Of a DNA stretch of 64,000 bases, positions 29,125 through 38,382 are shown piece by piece. Source of the DNA: Planctomycetota bacterium (GTDB lineage Bacteria > Planctomycetota > UBA1135 > UBA2386); assembly GCA_965223545.1 (NCBI GenBank), contig OZ245006.1, positions 6,208,001-6,272,000 on the forward strand, read 5' to 3'. The notes beneath the pieces were generated by a model. It ran no database searches, was not told the origin of the DNA, and saw only the letters and a program-made list of their open reading frames with translations. The position numbers and the translations under genes are program-made. How positions within the stretch are numbered: the stretch's first letter is position 1; every line of letters starts with the position of its first letter.

Positions 29125-30036
29125 TCACGCGCGTCGGCCGGTCTGCACCGCGATGATTCCCAAGAGCATCATCGCGATCCCGACCCACTGGTGCGCTAGG
29201 AGGCGTTCGCCGAGCAGCGCGAACGCGAACACCGCCGTGTAGATGACACCGCCACTGGCCAGCACGCTGGCCTCGTACGAACGCAGCGTGCGGAGCGCGT
29301 AGTTGAACACGGTGGCGCCCACCGCGATCGTCACCAGCGCACTGAAGGCGACGACGACGGTGGCGCCGAAGTGCGGCAGCGGGGCGAGACCGTCGCGCCA
29401 GACGCCGGCCAACGCCACCGGGACCCCGCCGATCCACACTGTCAGCATGGAGATCATCGGGTCGGAGAGGTCGAAGCGCGGTGCTCGCGTCAGCCGGCGG
29501 ATCAGGTTGTTGGTCATCGCCAGCGCGACCACGCCGCCGCCGACGACGAGCACGCCGGCGGCCTCGTCGCCGGAGGGCACCGCGCGGAAGTAGACCGTCA
29601 GGCCGGCCAACGCCAACAGCGTGCCGGCCAGCTGTCTTCGCGTCGGGCGTTCGCCGAGCAGCGGGATGCTCAGGGCCAACGTGACGACGCCGACGAAGTT
29701 GACCAGGTACGCGTGCGTCGTCGCGGGCAAGTGCTGCAGCCCGACGATGAACAGCACGCGCGCCGCCGTGAAGTGGCACACGCCGATCGCGGCCAACAGC
29801 AGCCAAGTGCGCCGGTCGAGTGCGGGCACGCGCTCGCGGCGCAGCACCAGCGTGTGCACGGTCAGCAACCCGGCGCCAATCGCGATCTGCAGCCAGACGA
29901 ACGTGAACGCGTCGACCTCGACGAGCGTCCCCTTGGCGAGGACCGCCGCCAGCGCGGCCGCGGCGACCGCGGCCGAGAGAATCGCCATCGCGGCGGTGCG
30001 GCTCGGCGCGGCGGAGGGCGTAGGTCGATCGGACAA
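29125..30036 (-). CDS. EamA/DMT-family transporter
   Basis: About 10 TM helices; two LLGER motifs; start TTG 30036 or ATG 29988. Confidence 0.88.
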   Translation of the reverse strand: MSDRPTPSAAPSRTAAMAILSAAVAAAALAAVLAKGTLVEVDAFTFVWLQIAIGAGLLTVHTLVLRRERVPALDRRTWLLLAAIGVCHFTAARVLFIVGLQHLPATTHAYLVNFVGVVTLALSIPLLGERPTRRQLAGTLLALAGLTVYFRAVPSGDEAAGVLVVGGGVVALAMTNNLIRRLTRAPRFDLSDPMISMLTVWIGGVPVALAGVWRDGLAPLPHFGATVVVAFSALVTIAVGATVFNYALRTLRSYEASVLASGGVIYTAVFAFALLGERLLAHQWVGIAMMLLGIIAVQTGRRA

Positions 30037-30101
30037 CGAAAAGAGCGTGCAGTCCGGTTGGCCCGGGCGCAACGATGGGCTGCTCGCCTTAGACTCGCGG
30101 C

Positions 30102-30572
30102 ATGGAGTCGCCCAAAGTGGTCGTGTTGCGGCCGGTCGTCGATGCGGACCTGTCGGTTCTGTTCGAGCAGCAACGCGATCCGGAAGCCAACGCGATGGCG
30201 GCATTTCCCGCGCGCGAACGCGATGCGTTCGTCGAGCACTGGCAAACCGTGGTCAACGGGCGGGACGATGTCGTCGCGCGCGCGATCGAGGCGGATGGCG
30301 CGCTCGCCGGGCAGGTCGGGTGCTTCGTGCGCGACGGCCGGCGGTTGGTCGGCTACTGGCTGGGCCGGGAGTTCTGGGGGCGCGGGATCGCGACCCGAGC
30401 GTTGGCGCAGCTGGTGGCGGTCGTGCCCGAACGGCCACTCCACGCCTGGGTCGCTCTGCACAACAAGGGGTCTATCCGCGTGTTGGAAAAGTGCGGGTTC
30501 GAGCGGGTCGGGGAGCCTCAGCCGATCGAAGACTACGACGGCGTTCTCGAGCAGCGTTTCGTGTTGGAGTGA
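30102..30572 (+). CDS. GNAT (RimJ/RimL-like) N-acetyltransferase
   Basis: VGYWLGREFWGRGIATRAL and NKGSIRVLEKCGF motifs. Confidence 0.92.
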   Translation: MESPKVVVLRPVVDADLSVLFEQQRDPEANAMAAFPARERDAFVEHWQTVVNGRDDVVARAIEADGALAGQVGCFVRDGRRLVGYWLGREFWGRGIATRALAQLVAVVPERPLHAWVALHNKGSIRVLEKCGFERVGEPQPIEDYDGVLEQRFVLE

Positions 30573-32175
30573 CCGGGGCGCCAGAAGCGCCGCGGGGCAA
30601 CGCGATGCGCGCCGCGCCACCGTCGCGCAGTTCGGGATAGGGCGCATCTCGGTCGTCGAGGTAGCGCACGAGGCGGGCCGCCAGAACCGCCAAGCGCGAA
30701 GGTTCGGTGGACGCGAGGTCGCGGCGTTCGCCGAGGTCGGAGCGCAGGTCGTACAGCTCCCAGCGGCCTGGCTCGTAGAAGTAGATCGCCTTCCAACCGC
30801 CGGCGTTGATCGCGCTGTGCGGCTCGTATCCCCCCTCGGGGTGCGCGCTGCGGATGCCGTTGCTCCAGACGTGCGGGTAGTGAAAGACCAGGGGGCGCTG
30901 CGTCGCGGCGGGGTCCGGGGGCTTGCCGCCCAGCAGCTGCGTGAGGTCGCGGCCGTCGACCGGGTGCGTGGTGGGGGCTGTGAGACCGGCCCACGACAGA
31001 ACCGTGGGGAAGATGTCTTCGCTGATCACCGGGGCATCGCAGCGTGCTCCGGCGCGCACCGCCAGCCGTGCCTGCAACGGGTGGTCGGCGTTCTGCGCTC
31101 CCCACGCGATGACCATGGGCACGCGTGTGCCGCCCTCGTAGGCGGAGCCCTTGCCGGCGCGTAGCGGATGGTTGAAGGCTCCGGCGGGGATGCCGTCCGG
31201 CAGCGTGCCGCGGCCGTGTGCCGCGAGTCCACCGTTGTCCGACGCGTAGACGATCAGCGTGCGGTCGGCGATGCCACGCCGCTCGAGGTGCGCGATCAGC
31301 GCGCCGAGGCTGTGATCGACGCCCTCGATCATCGAAGCGTAGCGCGCTTCGGTCTCATCCAGACCGCGCTCGCGGTAGCCCGCGGCAAACGGGTCATGGG
31401 GCGCGAGTGGGACGTGGACGGCGTAGTGTGCCAAGTGCAGATAGAACGGTCGATCGGCGTCGATCGCCGCGTCGACCGAGCGCAGCGCCTCGGCCGTCGT
31501 CGCGTCGGTCAGGTGGACCGGCAAGCCGTGGTAGCGCTCCAGGCCGGGCACGGCCCAGGGCGGCTTGGCTGCGCCGAAGCCGTCGAGGCCGGAGTAGCTG
31601 CCCGGGCCCCCGGCGGCGTGACCACCGATGTTGACGTCGAAGCCGAGAGTGCGCGGATCGCTGCCGGCCGTGCCGTTGGCGCCCCAGTGCGCCTTGCCGG
31701 CGTGGATCGTCGTGTAGCCGGCGTCGCGCAACAGCGCGGGCAGCGTCACGTCCTCGGGTTGAAGTCCGTCGGTGCGCCAGGAAGACGGGCTGGAGAGGTG
31801 CTCGGTGCGGCCCGATGGGTCGCGGCCGGCGTGCAGGGTCCACTGCGTCACCCGATGCCGCGCCGGGTGCTGGCCCGTGAGCAGGCTGGTGCGGGTCGGC
31901 GAGCACACACAATGGGCGTGAGCGTTGCCGAACCGCATGCCGCGCGCGGCAAGCGCGGCGAGGTGCGGGGTGCGATAGCGCGCGTGGAGCGCGTTGGGCG
32001 CGCCATCGAACACCACGCTGGAGTCCTGCCAGCCCAGGTCGTCGACCAGGAAGACCACGATGTTGGGGCGGCCTTCGGCCGACGCTTGTGCCGCTGCGGT
32101 CGCGGCTAGAGCGAGGGAGAGGAGGGAGGCCACGGCGCGTCTTCTCGTGCGCGGGGCGAGGTGGAAGCGAGGCAT
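30472..32175 (-). CDS. Secreted sulfatase (Cys-type)
   Basis: PNIVVFLVDDLG, CSPTR, GKAHWG, SDNGG, GKGSAYEGGTRVP, ELYDL. Confidence 0.95.
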   Translation of the reverse strand: MPRFHLAPRTRRRAVASLLSLALAATAAAQASAEGRPNIVVFLVDDLGWQDSSVVFDGAPNALHARYRTPHLAALAARGMRFGNAHAHCVCSPTRTSLLTGQHPARHRVTQWTLHAGRDPSGRTEHLSSPSSWRTDGLQPEDVTLPALLRDAGYTTIHAGKAHWGANGTAGSDPRTLGFDVNIGGHAAGGPGSYSGLDGFGAAKPPWAVPGLERYHGLPVHLTDATTAEALRSVDAAIDADRPFYLHLAHYAVHVPLAPHDPFAAGYRERGLDETEARYASMIEGVDHSLGALIAHLERRGIADRTLIVYASDNGGLAAHGRGTLPDGIPAGAFNHPLRAGKGSAYEGGTRVPMVIAWGAQNADHPLQARLAVRAGARCDAPVISEDIFPTVLSWAGLTAPTTHPVDGRDLTQLLGGKPPDPAATQRPLVFHYPHVWSNGIRSAHPEGGYEPHSAINAGGWKAIYFYEPGRWELYDLRSDLGERRDLASTEPSRLAVLAARLVRYLDDRDAPYPELRDGGAARIALPRGASGAPVTPTRNAARERRRSLRSAEAPRPARTRTFPTRG

Positions 32176-32250
32176 CGACCGGCCGTTCTACCGCGGCTGG
32201 CGGGTCGGATGACAGACGGCGGCGGGCAAGGGCTACATTGACGGTGTCCC

Positions 32251-35247
32251 ATGGCAACAGCGAAACGCTCGATCGTCGTCTCCGGCTTGCTCGCCCTTGG
32301 TGGTGCGCTCGCCTTTCTGGTCTGGTCGGCGATGAGCGGTGAAGCGCCAGCTCCGGTGGTGCCGCCATCGATCGGTGCCTCCGAAGGGTCCGGCATGGTG
32401 GCCACCGCGGAGCCGGAGATCGAGGGGTCGGGGGCCCGCGTCGCCGCGCCGGCCGCGGCCGCCGCCGGTTCGGCGGCGGGCGATCTGCACGCCGATCCGG
32501 TGTACCGCGCGGGATTGTGCGGGTTCTATGGGCGCGTCGTGGACCACGCCGGCGCACCGGTGCCCGCGCTGCGGGTGTCGGTGTTTCGCTTTGCGCCCGA
32601 TTCGCTGACTCCGGAACTGGTCGAAGGCGCCGAGGCGGCGCCGTTCGATGTCGATATCGACGCGGGCGAGACCGAGACCGGTGAGGACGGGCGGTTCGAG
32701 CTGGCCGACATCGTGCCGCAGGGGTTCTACGCGGTCACGGCGGGCGTCGGCGCCGAGGTCTCGAAGACGGTGTTCCTCGACCAGACGCCGGGGCCGGGGC
32801 AGCGCGTCGACGTCGGCGACATCGTCCTGGACAACACCGGCGTGATCGTCGGCCGGGTCGTCGACGACGACGGTGTCGGCATCGCCGGTGCGATCGTGCG
32901 GGCGCTGGAGCTGCCGGCCGTGGCGAGTGCATTCGTGCCAGTCGAGCGGTTGCACCCCGAGGCAGTGGTGATTGTCGACGAAGCCAGCCAGCGCGCGGTG
33001 TTCGAGGTGCCGCGGTGGGTGCAGCACCGGTTCGAGCAGCTGCCGATCCCCACCGTCCTGAGCGGACCGGACGGAGCGTTCCGTTTGACCGGCGTGCCGG
33101 CGGGTACGCCCATGGTCGTGGCGTCGGTGCGCGCGCGGCTTGGCCACGTTCTGCAGCGCGTCAAGATCGAGGCCGAGACCGAGCGCGATGTCGGTGAGCT
33201 CCGGCTGCGCGAGGGCGACGAGGCCTGGGGGCGGGTGCTCGATACCCGTGGCGAGCCGGTCGTCGGCGCCGAGGTCGTCGTCGGTCAGGTGTTGAGTGTC
33301 GGACCGGTTGCCGTCGGTGAGCGCGCGGAACCGACCAACGAGAACGGCGAGTTCTCATTGACCGGTTTTCGCGGCGGCAAGGTGCTGGCGGCAGCCCGGC
33401 GCGGTCCGGGTGAGGCGTGGACCATCGGCGAGGCGGCGCCGGTCGCGCGGGACTTGATCATCCGCTTGCCGGCGGCCCACAGCCTCACCGTGCGGGTTAC
33501 GGACGCGGCGGGTGATCCGATCGAGAGCGCGCGCGTGCGGCTGTTGGCCGGTGCGTTGGCCACGTCGGGCGACGATGCGCTGGAGGCATACCGGTTCGGA
33601 GTGTTGCCGGAGGTGCCGCTCGACGAGCGTGCGACCCTGCTGTCGGACGGTGTCCTGCGCATCGACGACTTGGCGGCTGGTCCCTACTTGGTGTTCGCCT
33701 CGGCGGTGGGGCGCGAGGCCGCGTTCGAGACCGTCGAGCTCGACGGCGACCGCACGCAGAGCCTGCGTCTCGACGATGCGGTCCGGTGTCGGGTCGAGGT
33801 GGTCGATCGGCGCGGAGAGCCCGTGCGCAACGCCGCGATCTACGCCGAGAGCAAGGACAGCGAGGCGGCGCCGGACATGCCGCAGCGCCGCGGGCGCACC
33901 GATGCGTCGGGCAGCCTGGCGGTCGGCGATCTGGCCGCGGGCGAAGTCGAGCTGCACGCGCACCACCCGGCCTACGGCTGGGTCGGCGCGGAGGCGACGT
34001 TGCCCGCCGCCGAGGTCGTGCGCTTGGTGTTCGACGACCCCGGCGCGGTGCGTGGCACGGTGACGGACAGCGGTCGGCCGCCACAGATCGGCGAGTGGAT
34101 GGTGGTCTTGGCGCCGGAGTGGAGCGAGGGCGGCAACGATGTGGCGCTGCCCCGGCTCGCGGCGCCAGACGCGGACGGGGCCTTCGTGGTCACCGGTGTG
34201 CAGCCGGGCAAGTACCACGTGATGGCGGTGCCCTCGGTGCGCAGCGTGAGCTCACTCGGCTCGCTGATGGAGATGATGATGCTCAGCCGGATGAACAGCT
34301 CGCCCCGCATCGAGAGCGTGGATGTGACCGCGGGCGCGGAAAGCACCGTGCAGCTCGATGTCGCCGAGGAGCCGACGGTCATCGACGGTCCCTCGGCCAA
34401 CGTGAGCGGCACGATCACCATCAACGGCGAGCCAGGCGCCGATCTCATCGTGACCACTTGGGGGGGTGGTCGTTCCGCCGCCACCGCCGACGCGAATGGC
34501 TTCTTCGATCTCGGTCCGCAGCCGGCGGGGACGGTGCACCTGCGGGTCACGGACCCGAGCGCCGGTGTCGATTTCGGCGACGGCATCTACCAGCGCGAGA
34601 TCGAGCTGGCGGAGAGCAACGACCAGCACGTGCTGATCCAGCTCGACTACGGCGTGGTGGAGGGCTTCGTGCGGCAGGCCGACGGCAGCCGCGTGGCGCG
34701 GTGCGCGGTGAAGATCGAGGGACAGCTGATCGACGGCGGCAGGGCGGAGCGCATGGCGGCGGCCGACGACGATGGCGCATTTCGCATCGAAGGCGTCCCC
34801 GCTGGTCGATACGAGGCGAAGGCCGAGGGCGACGCCGGCAAAGGCTCGCTGGAGATCGACGTGGCTGCTGGTTCGATCACTGGAGTCGAACTCGTCTTGC
34901 AGCCCACCTACTCGGTGCGCGGCACGGTCGATTGGGCCGCGCTCGAGGGGCGGCCGGTCAGCTGGGGTTGGCTCGAGTTGCAGCGCGAAGACGGCGCCGA
35001 GGGCGGGGAGAGCGTCCACGTCGACGACGACGGCAGCTTCCTGGCGAAGGGCCTGCTACCCGGTCGCTATCGAGTCGAGGTCCGCGCCCAGGTCCGCAAG
35101 CCGGACGCCAAGGAGAAGTGGGACGTCGAGTCGATCGAGCTCGACGGCGGCGTGCTGCAGATCGACCGTGACCTGACCGGCGTCGTCCTCCGCCCAGAGC
35201 GAGTCGACGAATCCCCCGAAGAAGCCGAAGAAGACGGCGGGAACTGA
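32251..35247 (+). CDS. Membrane-anchored protein with multiple carboxypeptidase-regulatory-like beta-sandwich repeats
   Basis: N-terminal TM; repeated GRVVD-x-x-G-x-P-V...T-x-x-DG-x-F units. Confidence 0.85.
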   Translation: MATAKRSIVVSGLLALGGALAFLVWSAMSGEAPAPVVPPSIGASEGSGMVATAEPEIEGSGARVAAPAAAAAGSAAGDLHADPVYRAGLCGFYGRVVDHAGAPVPALRVSVFRFAPDSLTPELVEGAEAAPFDVDIDAGETETGEDGRFELADIVPQGFYAVTAGVGAEVSKTVFLDQTPGPGQRVDVGDIVLDNTGVIVGRVVDDDGVGIAGAIVRALELPAVASAFVPVERLHPEAVVIVDEASQRAVFEVPRWVQHRFEQLPIPTVLSGPDGAFRLTGVPAGTPMVVASVRARLGHVLQRVKIEAETERDVGELRLREGDEAWGRVLDTRGEPVVGAEVVVGQVLSVGPVAVGERAEPTNENGEFSLTGFRGGKVLAAARRGPGEAWTIGEAAPVARDLIIRLPAAHSLTVRVTDAAGDPIESARVRLLAGALATSGDDALEAYRFGVLPEVPLDERATLLSDGVLRIDDLAAGPYLVFASAVGREAAFETVELDGDRTQSLRLDDAVRCRVEVVDRRGEPVRNAAIYAESKDSEAAPDMPQRRGRTDASGSLAVGDLAAGEVELHAHHPAYGWVGAEATLPAAEVVRLVFDDPGAVRGTVTDSGRPPQIGEWMVVLAPEWSEGGNDVALPRLAAPDADGAFVVTGVQPGKYHVMAVPSVRSVSSLGSLMEMMMLSRMNSSPRIESVDVTAGAESTVQLDVAEEPTVIDGPSANVSGTITINGEPGADLIVTTWGGGRSAATADANGFFDLGPQPAGTVHLRVTDPSAGVDFGDGIYQREIELAESNDQHVLIQLDYGVVEGFVRQADGSRVARCAVKIEGQLIDGGRAERMAAADDDGAFRIEGVPAGRYEAKAEGDAGKGSLEIDVAAGSITGVELVLQPTYSVRGTVDWAALEGRPVSWGWLELQREDGAEGGESVHVDDDGSFLAKGLLPGRYRVEVRAQVRKPDAKEKWDVESIELDGGVLQIDRDLTGVVLRPERVDESPEEAEEDGGN

Positions 35248-35345
35248 ACGTACGGAGCCAGGCTCCCATTCATCACTTCGCCGGCCGACGGCCGACGAAG
35301 CACCGCGAAGTGATGAATGGGAGCCTGGCTCCGTACGTTCAGTTC
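35241..35345. repeat. Perfect 41-bp inverted repeat (REPIN-like)
   Basis: Arms 35241-35281 and 35305-35345, 23-nt spacer; each arm has internal palindrome GGAGCC-A-GGCTCC. Confidence 0.9.
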
Positions 35346-35943
35346 AGGGCTCGAGGGGGACGTTCCAGTAGCGCTCGGAGACGAACTTCTCCCACGACTG
35401 GCGCACGCGGCCGACCGCGACACCCAGGGACGGCGACCACTTGGGGCGCTCCGGCGGCTTGGCGAGCCGCAGGCCGGCTTCCAGAGGGGTGCGGTCCGCC
35501 TTGCGACGGTTGCACTGGACGCAGGCGAGCACGCAGTTCTCCCAGGTGCTGCGGCCCCCGCGCGAGCGCGGTAGCACGTGATCGATGGTGAGCTCGTTGG
35601 TTCCCGGCTTGCGCCCGCAGTACTGGCAGGTGTTGCGGTCGCGTCGGTACAGGTTGCGCCGGGTGAACACGACGGTCTGCGACGGCACCCGGTCGTAGCG
35701 CGTCAGCACGATCACCTCGGGGATGCGCAGGCGCAGCGTCACGGTGCGCACGCACGGTTCTTCCGGTGGAATCGCCAGGTCGGCCCAGGACTCGAAGCCG
35801 TGCGCTTCGTAGGTCTCGGGCACGATGGCCTTGGCGGCGCCCGAGTACACCAGGCGCAGCGCGTCCCGCACCGAGGTTGTCGCGATCGCCAGCCAAGATC
35901 GGTTGAGCACCAAGGTCGGTTGTGCCAACACGTTGACTGTCAT
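35344..35943 (-). CDS. HNH endonuclease (McrA-like)
   Basis: TLVLNRSW N-terminus; FTRRNLYRRDRNTCQYCG, LTIDHVLPRSRGG, WENCVLACVQCNRRK. Confidence 0.93.
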   Translation of the reverse strand: MTVNVLAQPTLVLNRSWLAIATTSVRDALRLVYSGAAKAIVPETYEAHGFESWADLAIPPEEPCVRTVTLRLRIPEVIVLTRYDRVPSQTVVFTRRNLYRRDRNTCQYCGRKPGTNELTIDHVLPRSRGGRSTWENCVLACVQCNRRKADRTPLEAGLRLAKPPERPKWSPSLGVAVGRVRQSWEKFVSERYWNVPLEP

Positions 35944-36086
35944 GACGATACGATAACGGTTCCCAAGAGAGTTCATCGGCGCCTGGGCCGCTCCGAGAGA
36001 GTCGAAAACGGAAAGGCCCGATGCCAGCGCGGCGTTGCGCGTCGAGATCGCGGTTGCGCCGCCGGTCACGGTATCATGTTTCCACG

Positions 36087-37499
36087 GTGGGCGACACGGC
36101 GAGCAGAGCGGGGTTGGTGCGGTGCTTGGCCGCCTGCGCGCTCGCCGTAGGTGCGGTGAACGCGCAGGCGGCGTTCGCCGGTGTGCGTTCGCTCGAGCGG
36201 GGCGAATGGTTGATCGGCGCCGGCCCAGCGGCCGACTCGGGCCGCGAGGTCCTGCTGGTGCCGACCAACGCGCGCGACCTGGGCGCGACCCTGGTCTACC
36301 TCGCCGAGCTGCAGCAACGCTTCGCCGACACGATCGACGTCGTCGCGGTGGTTCCCCATTCGATCCCCGCCGATGGCTTGGCGGCGGCGCGCGCCGCCAT
36401 CGGTGACGCCCGGATCGCCGTCACGCTGCAGCCGGAGCTGCACCGCGCGGTCTCGGGTGCGGTCTCGCTGCTCGCCGCCGATGGCGAGCCGCTGTGGACG
36501 GGGGACGTCTCCTCGGGCTTGGTGGGGTTGTTGCGCCGCTGGCAGCAAGACGAGGACCGCGGCGTCCTGCGCGCGCTCGCCGGCGACGAGCGGCTGCGGC
36601 TCGAAGAGCTCGGCGAGCTCGAGGATCACGACACCGCGTCGCTCCGCGCCGCGGCGCGCCAGGCCCTGGCGCGCAACGATGGCAATCCCGACGCCTGGCT
36701 GCTCGAGCTCATCGTCGCCGTCGAGCGAATGGGTGACCTCGAACGCGCGCGGCACGTCGCCGACCGCGCCCTGCGCCAGCTCGCGCTCGACGGCAAGGCC
36801 GTGATCCGTTTCGTCGACAAGCTGCTGCGCACCGTGCCCGACGACGCCGTGATCCTGCAGAGCTGTCTGATGGCGCTGGTGCCGGTGGCGCCCGCCCTGG
36901 CCGGCGATTTCGACGCACAGCTGGTCTATCTGGCCGCGCTGAGCGGCGTCGGTCGGGTGCGCGAGGCCCGCATCCTGGTCGAGCGGCTGGTCGGCATGGC
37001 GCCGCGGTGGCCCTCGGGGCACGTTCGGCTGGCCGAAGCTCTGACCTTCGGCTCGTTGGCGCCCGAGTTCGCCGCGACCGCGCGGGCACAGCTCGAGCTG
37101 GCGGCGCAGCGCGACCCCGGTCCCGACCACTTGTTGGTCGAGTACCGGGTCCGCCGGCACTGCGAGCGCGACATGGCGGCGGCGGACGCGGTGCTCGACC
37201 GCTTCGTGCAGACTCTCGGCGGCCTGCCGGCGCTCAACAACACGGTTTGGTTCATGGTCACCCAAGAGCCGCGCCGCGGTCGGTTCCGCGCGGCGGCGGC
37301 GGCGCTCGCGCAACGCATGCTCGAATCCCGGCAGATCGACGGCGCGGAACTCGACACGATCGCGCTCGCGTTCTTTCTCGACGGCCGCGTCGAGGACGCG
37401 GTCGAGCTGCAGATCCGGGCCGTCGAGCTCACCAGCCAGACCACTTATCGCGCCCGCTTACAGCGCTACCAGCAGGTGCTCGAACGACAGCGGCGCTGA
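36087..37499 (+). CDS. Secreted protein with degenerate thioredoxin-like N-terminus and TPR-like helical repeats
   Basis: Signal peptide; YLAELQQRFADTIDVVAV resembles TlpA helix/strand but no CxxC; LNNTVW and LDTIALAFFLDGRVEDAVELQIRAVEL TPR-type end. Confidence 0.65.
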   Translation: MGDTASRAGLVRCLAACALAVGAVNAQAAFAGVRSLERGEWLIGAGPAADSGREVLLVPTNARDLGATLVYLAELQQRFADTIDVVAVVPHSIPADGLAAARAAIGDARIAVTLQPELHRAVSGAVSLLAADGEPLWTGDVSSGLVGLLRRWQQDEDRGVLRALAGDERLRLEELGELEDHDTASLRAAARQALARNDGNPDAWLLELIVAVERMGDLERARHVADRALRQLALDGKAVIRFVDKLLRTVPDDAVILQSCLMALVPVAPALAGDFDAQLVYLAALSGVGRVREARILVERLVGMAPRWPSGHVRLAEALTFGSLAPEFAATARAQLELAAQRDPGPDHLLVEYRVRRHCERDMAAADAVLDRFVQTLGGLPALNNTVWFMVTQEPRRGRFRAAAAALAQRMLESRQIDGAELDTIALAFFLDGRVEDAVELQIRAVELTSQTTYRARLQRYQQVLERQRR

Positions 37500-37590
37500 G
37501 CCGGGTCGCCGCTGCGCAGCGAATGTTTTGCCATTGGCCGCGTAGCGCTACGATGCCGCCGTTGCTCTCCCCAAGCCCGTTGGAGGCGCC

Positions 37591-38064
37591 GTGACCCGAC
37601 TGTTCGGAATCCTGTTCATGCTCATCTTGCTTGCCGCCGGCGTCGGCTATTGTCGCGGTTGGTACACGGTGGAGGCGGCCGACGGATCGCTGACGCTGTC
37701 GCTCGACAAGGACCGGGTCAAGAACGACACCGCCAAGGCGACCGAGGCGATCGGCAACCTGTCGCGGACCGCCGCCGAGCGGATCCGCAATCTGGCGCGT
37801 CGGGTCGGCGACGGCTACTCCGAGCTGCAGGGCAACTTGGTCGCGGTCGATCCCGTCCAGCGCTCGGTCGAGATCGAGGCATCGGGCGAGGCGGTGCCGC
37901 TGGTCGTGCCCGCCGGGGTGCCGCTGATACTGAACGGTGCCGAGGTCGAGCTCGACGCGCTCCGCGACGGTGATGTGCTCACCGTGCAACTGGAGAGGGT
38001 CGCGGGTGCGGACGGCGCGGACGAGACCTTCGAGATCCGGCGCGTCCAGGTCGAGCGCCACTGA
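37591..38064 (+). CDS. Small membrane-anchored hypothetical protein
   Basis: GGAGG before GTG; N-terminal TM ending GYCRGWY; C-terminal OB-like LDALRDGDVLTV. Confidence 0.7.
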   Translation: MTRLFGILFMLILLAAGVGYCRGWYTVEAADGSLTLSLDKDRVKNDTAKATEAIGNLSRTAAERIRNLARRVGDGYSELQGNLVAVDPVQRSVEIEASGEAVPLVVPAGVPLILNGAEVELDALRDGDVLTVQLERVAGADGADETFEIRRVQVERH

Positions 38065-38102
38065 TCGCCGGCCGCCGGCGGACGCGGCGAGAGGGATAAG
38101 GT

Positions 38103-38149
38103 GAGGCGCGACCCCGCTCGCTTTCGGCGACGAGCGGTGGCCGCGCCTC
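38103..38149. terminator. Long hairpin between convergent genes
   Basis: GAGGCGCG...CCGCTCG-CTTTCGGCGA-CGAGCGG...CGCGCCTC. Confidence 0.45.
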
Positions 38150-38382
38150 GGGGCCCTTCAGCACACGCGGTGCAGGGATTGTGCCGGCCGTCTGCGAGCG
38201 TGCCGGCGGTGCGTGTGCGCCGCCTCGGGGACGAGCGTCGGGGACGGATGCAGTCTCCAGGGGTCTGAGGCGGTCGAACGGAGGGCCACGCTGACTCGAG
38301 GATAATCACCCGGGCATGCCGATGCAATCCGTTGTCCTCGGGAGGCCAACGCGTTGCCGCACATTGCGAGGGTCGAAAGGCG

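Noticed and set aside
35344..36070. HNH gene as IscB/Cas9-like RNA-guided nuclease
   Set aside because: 199 aa McrA-like protein with no RuvC or PLMP motifs and no recognisable guide RNA or array.
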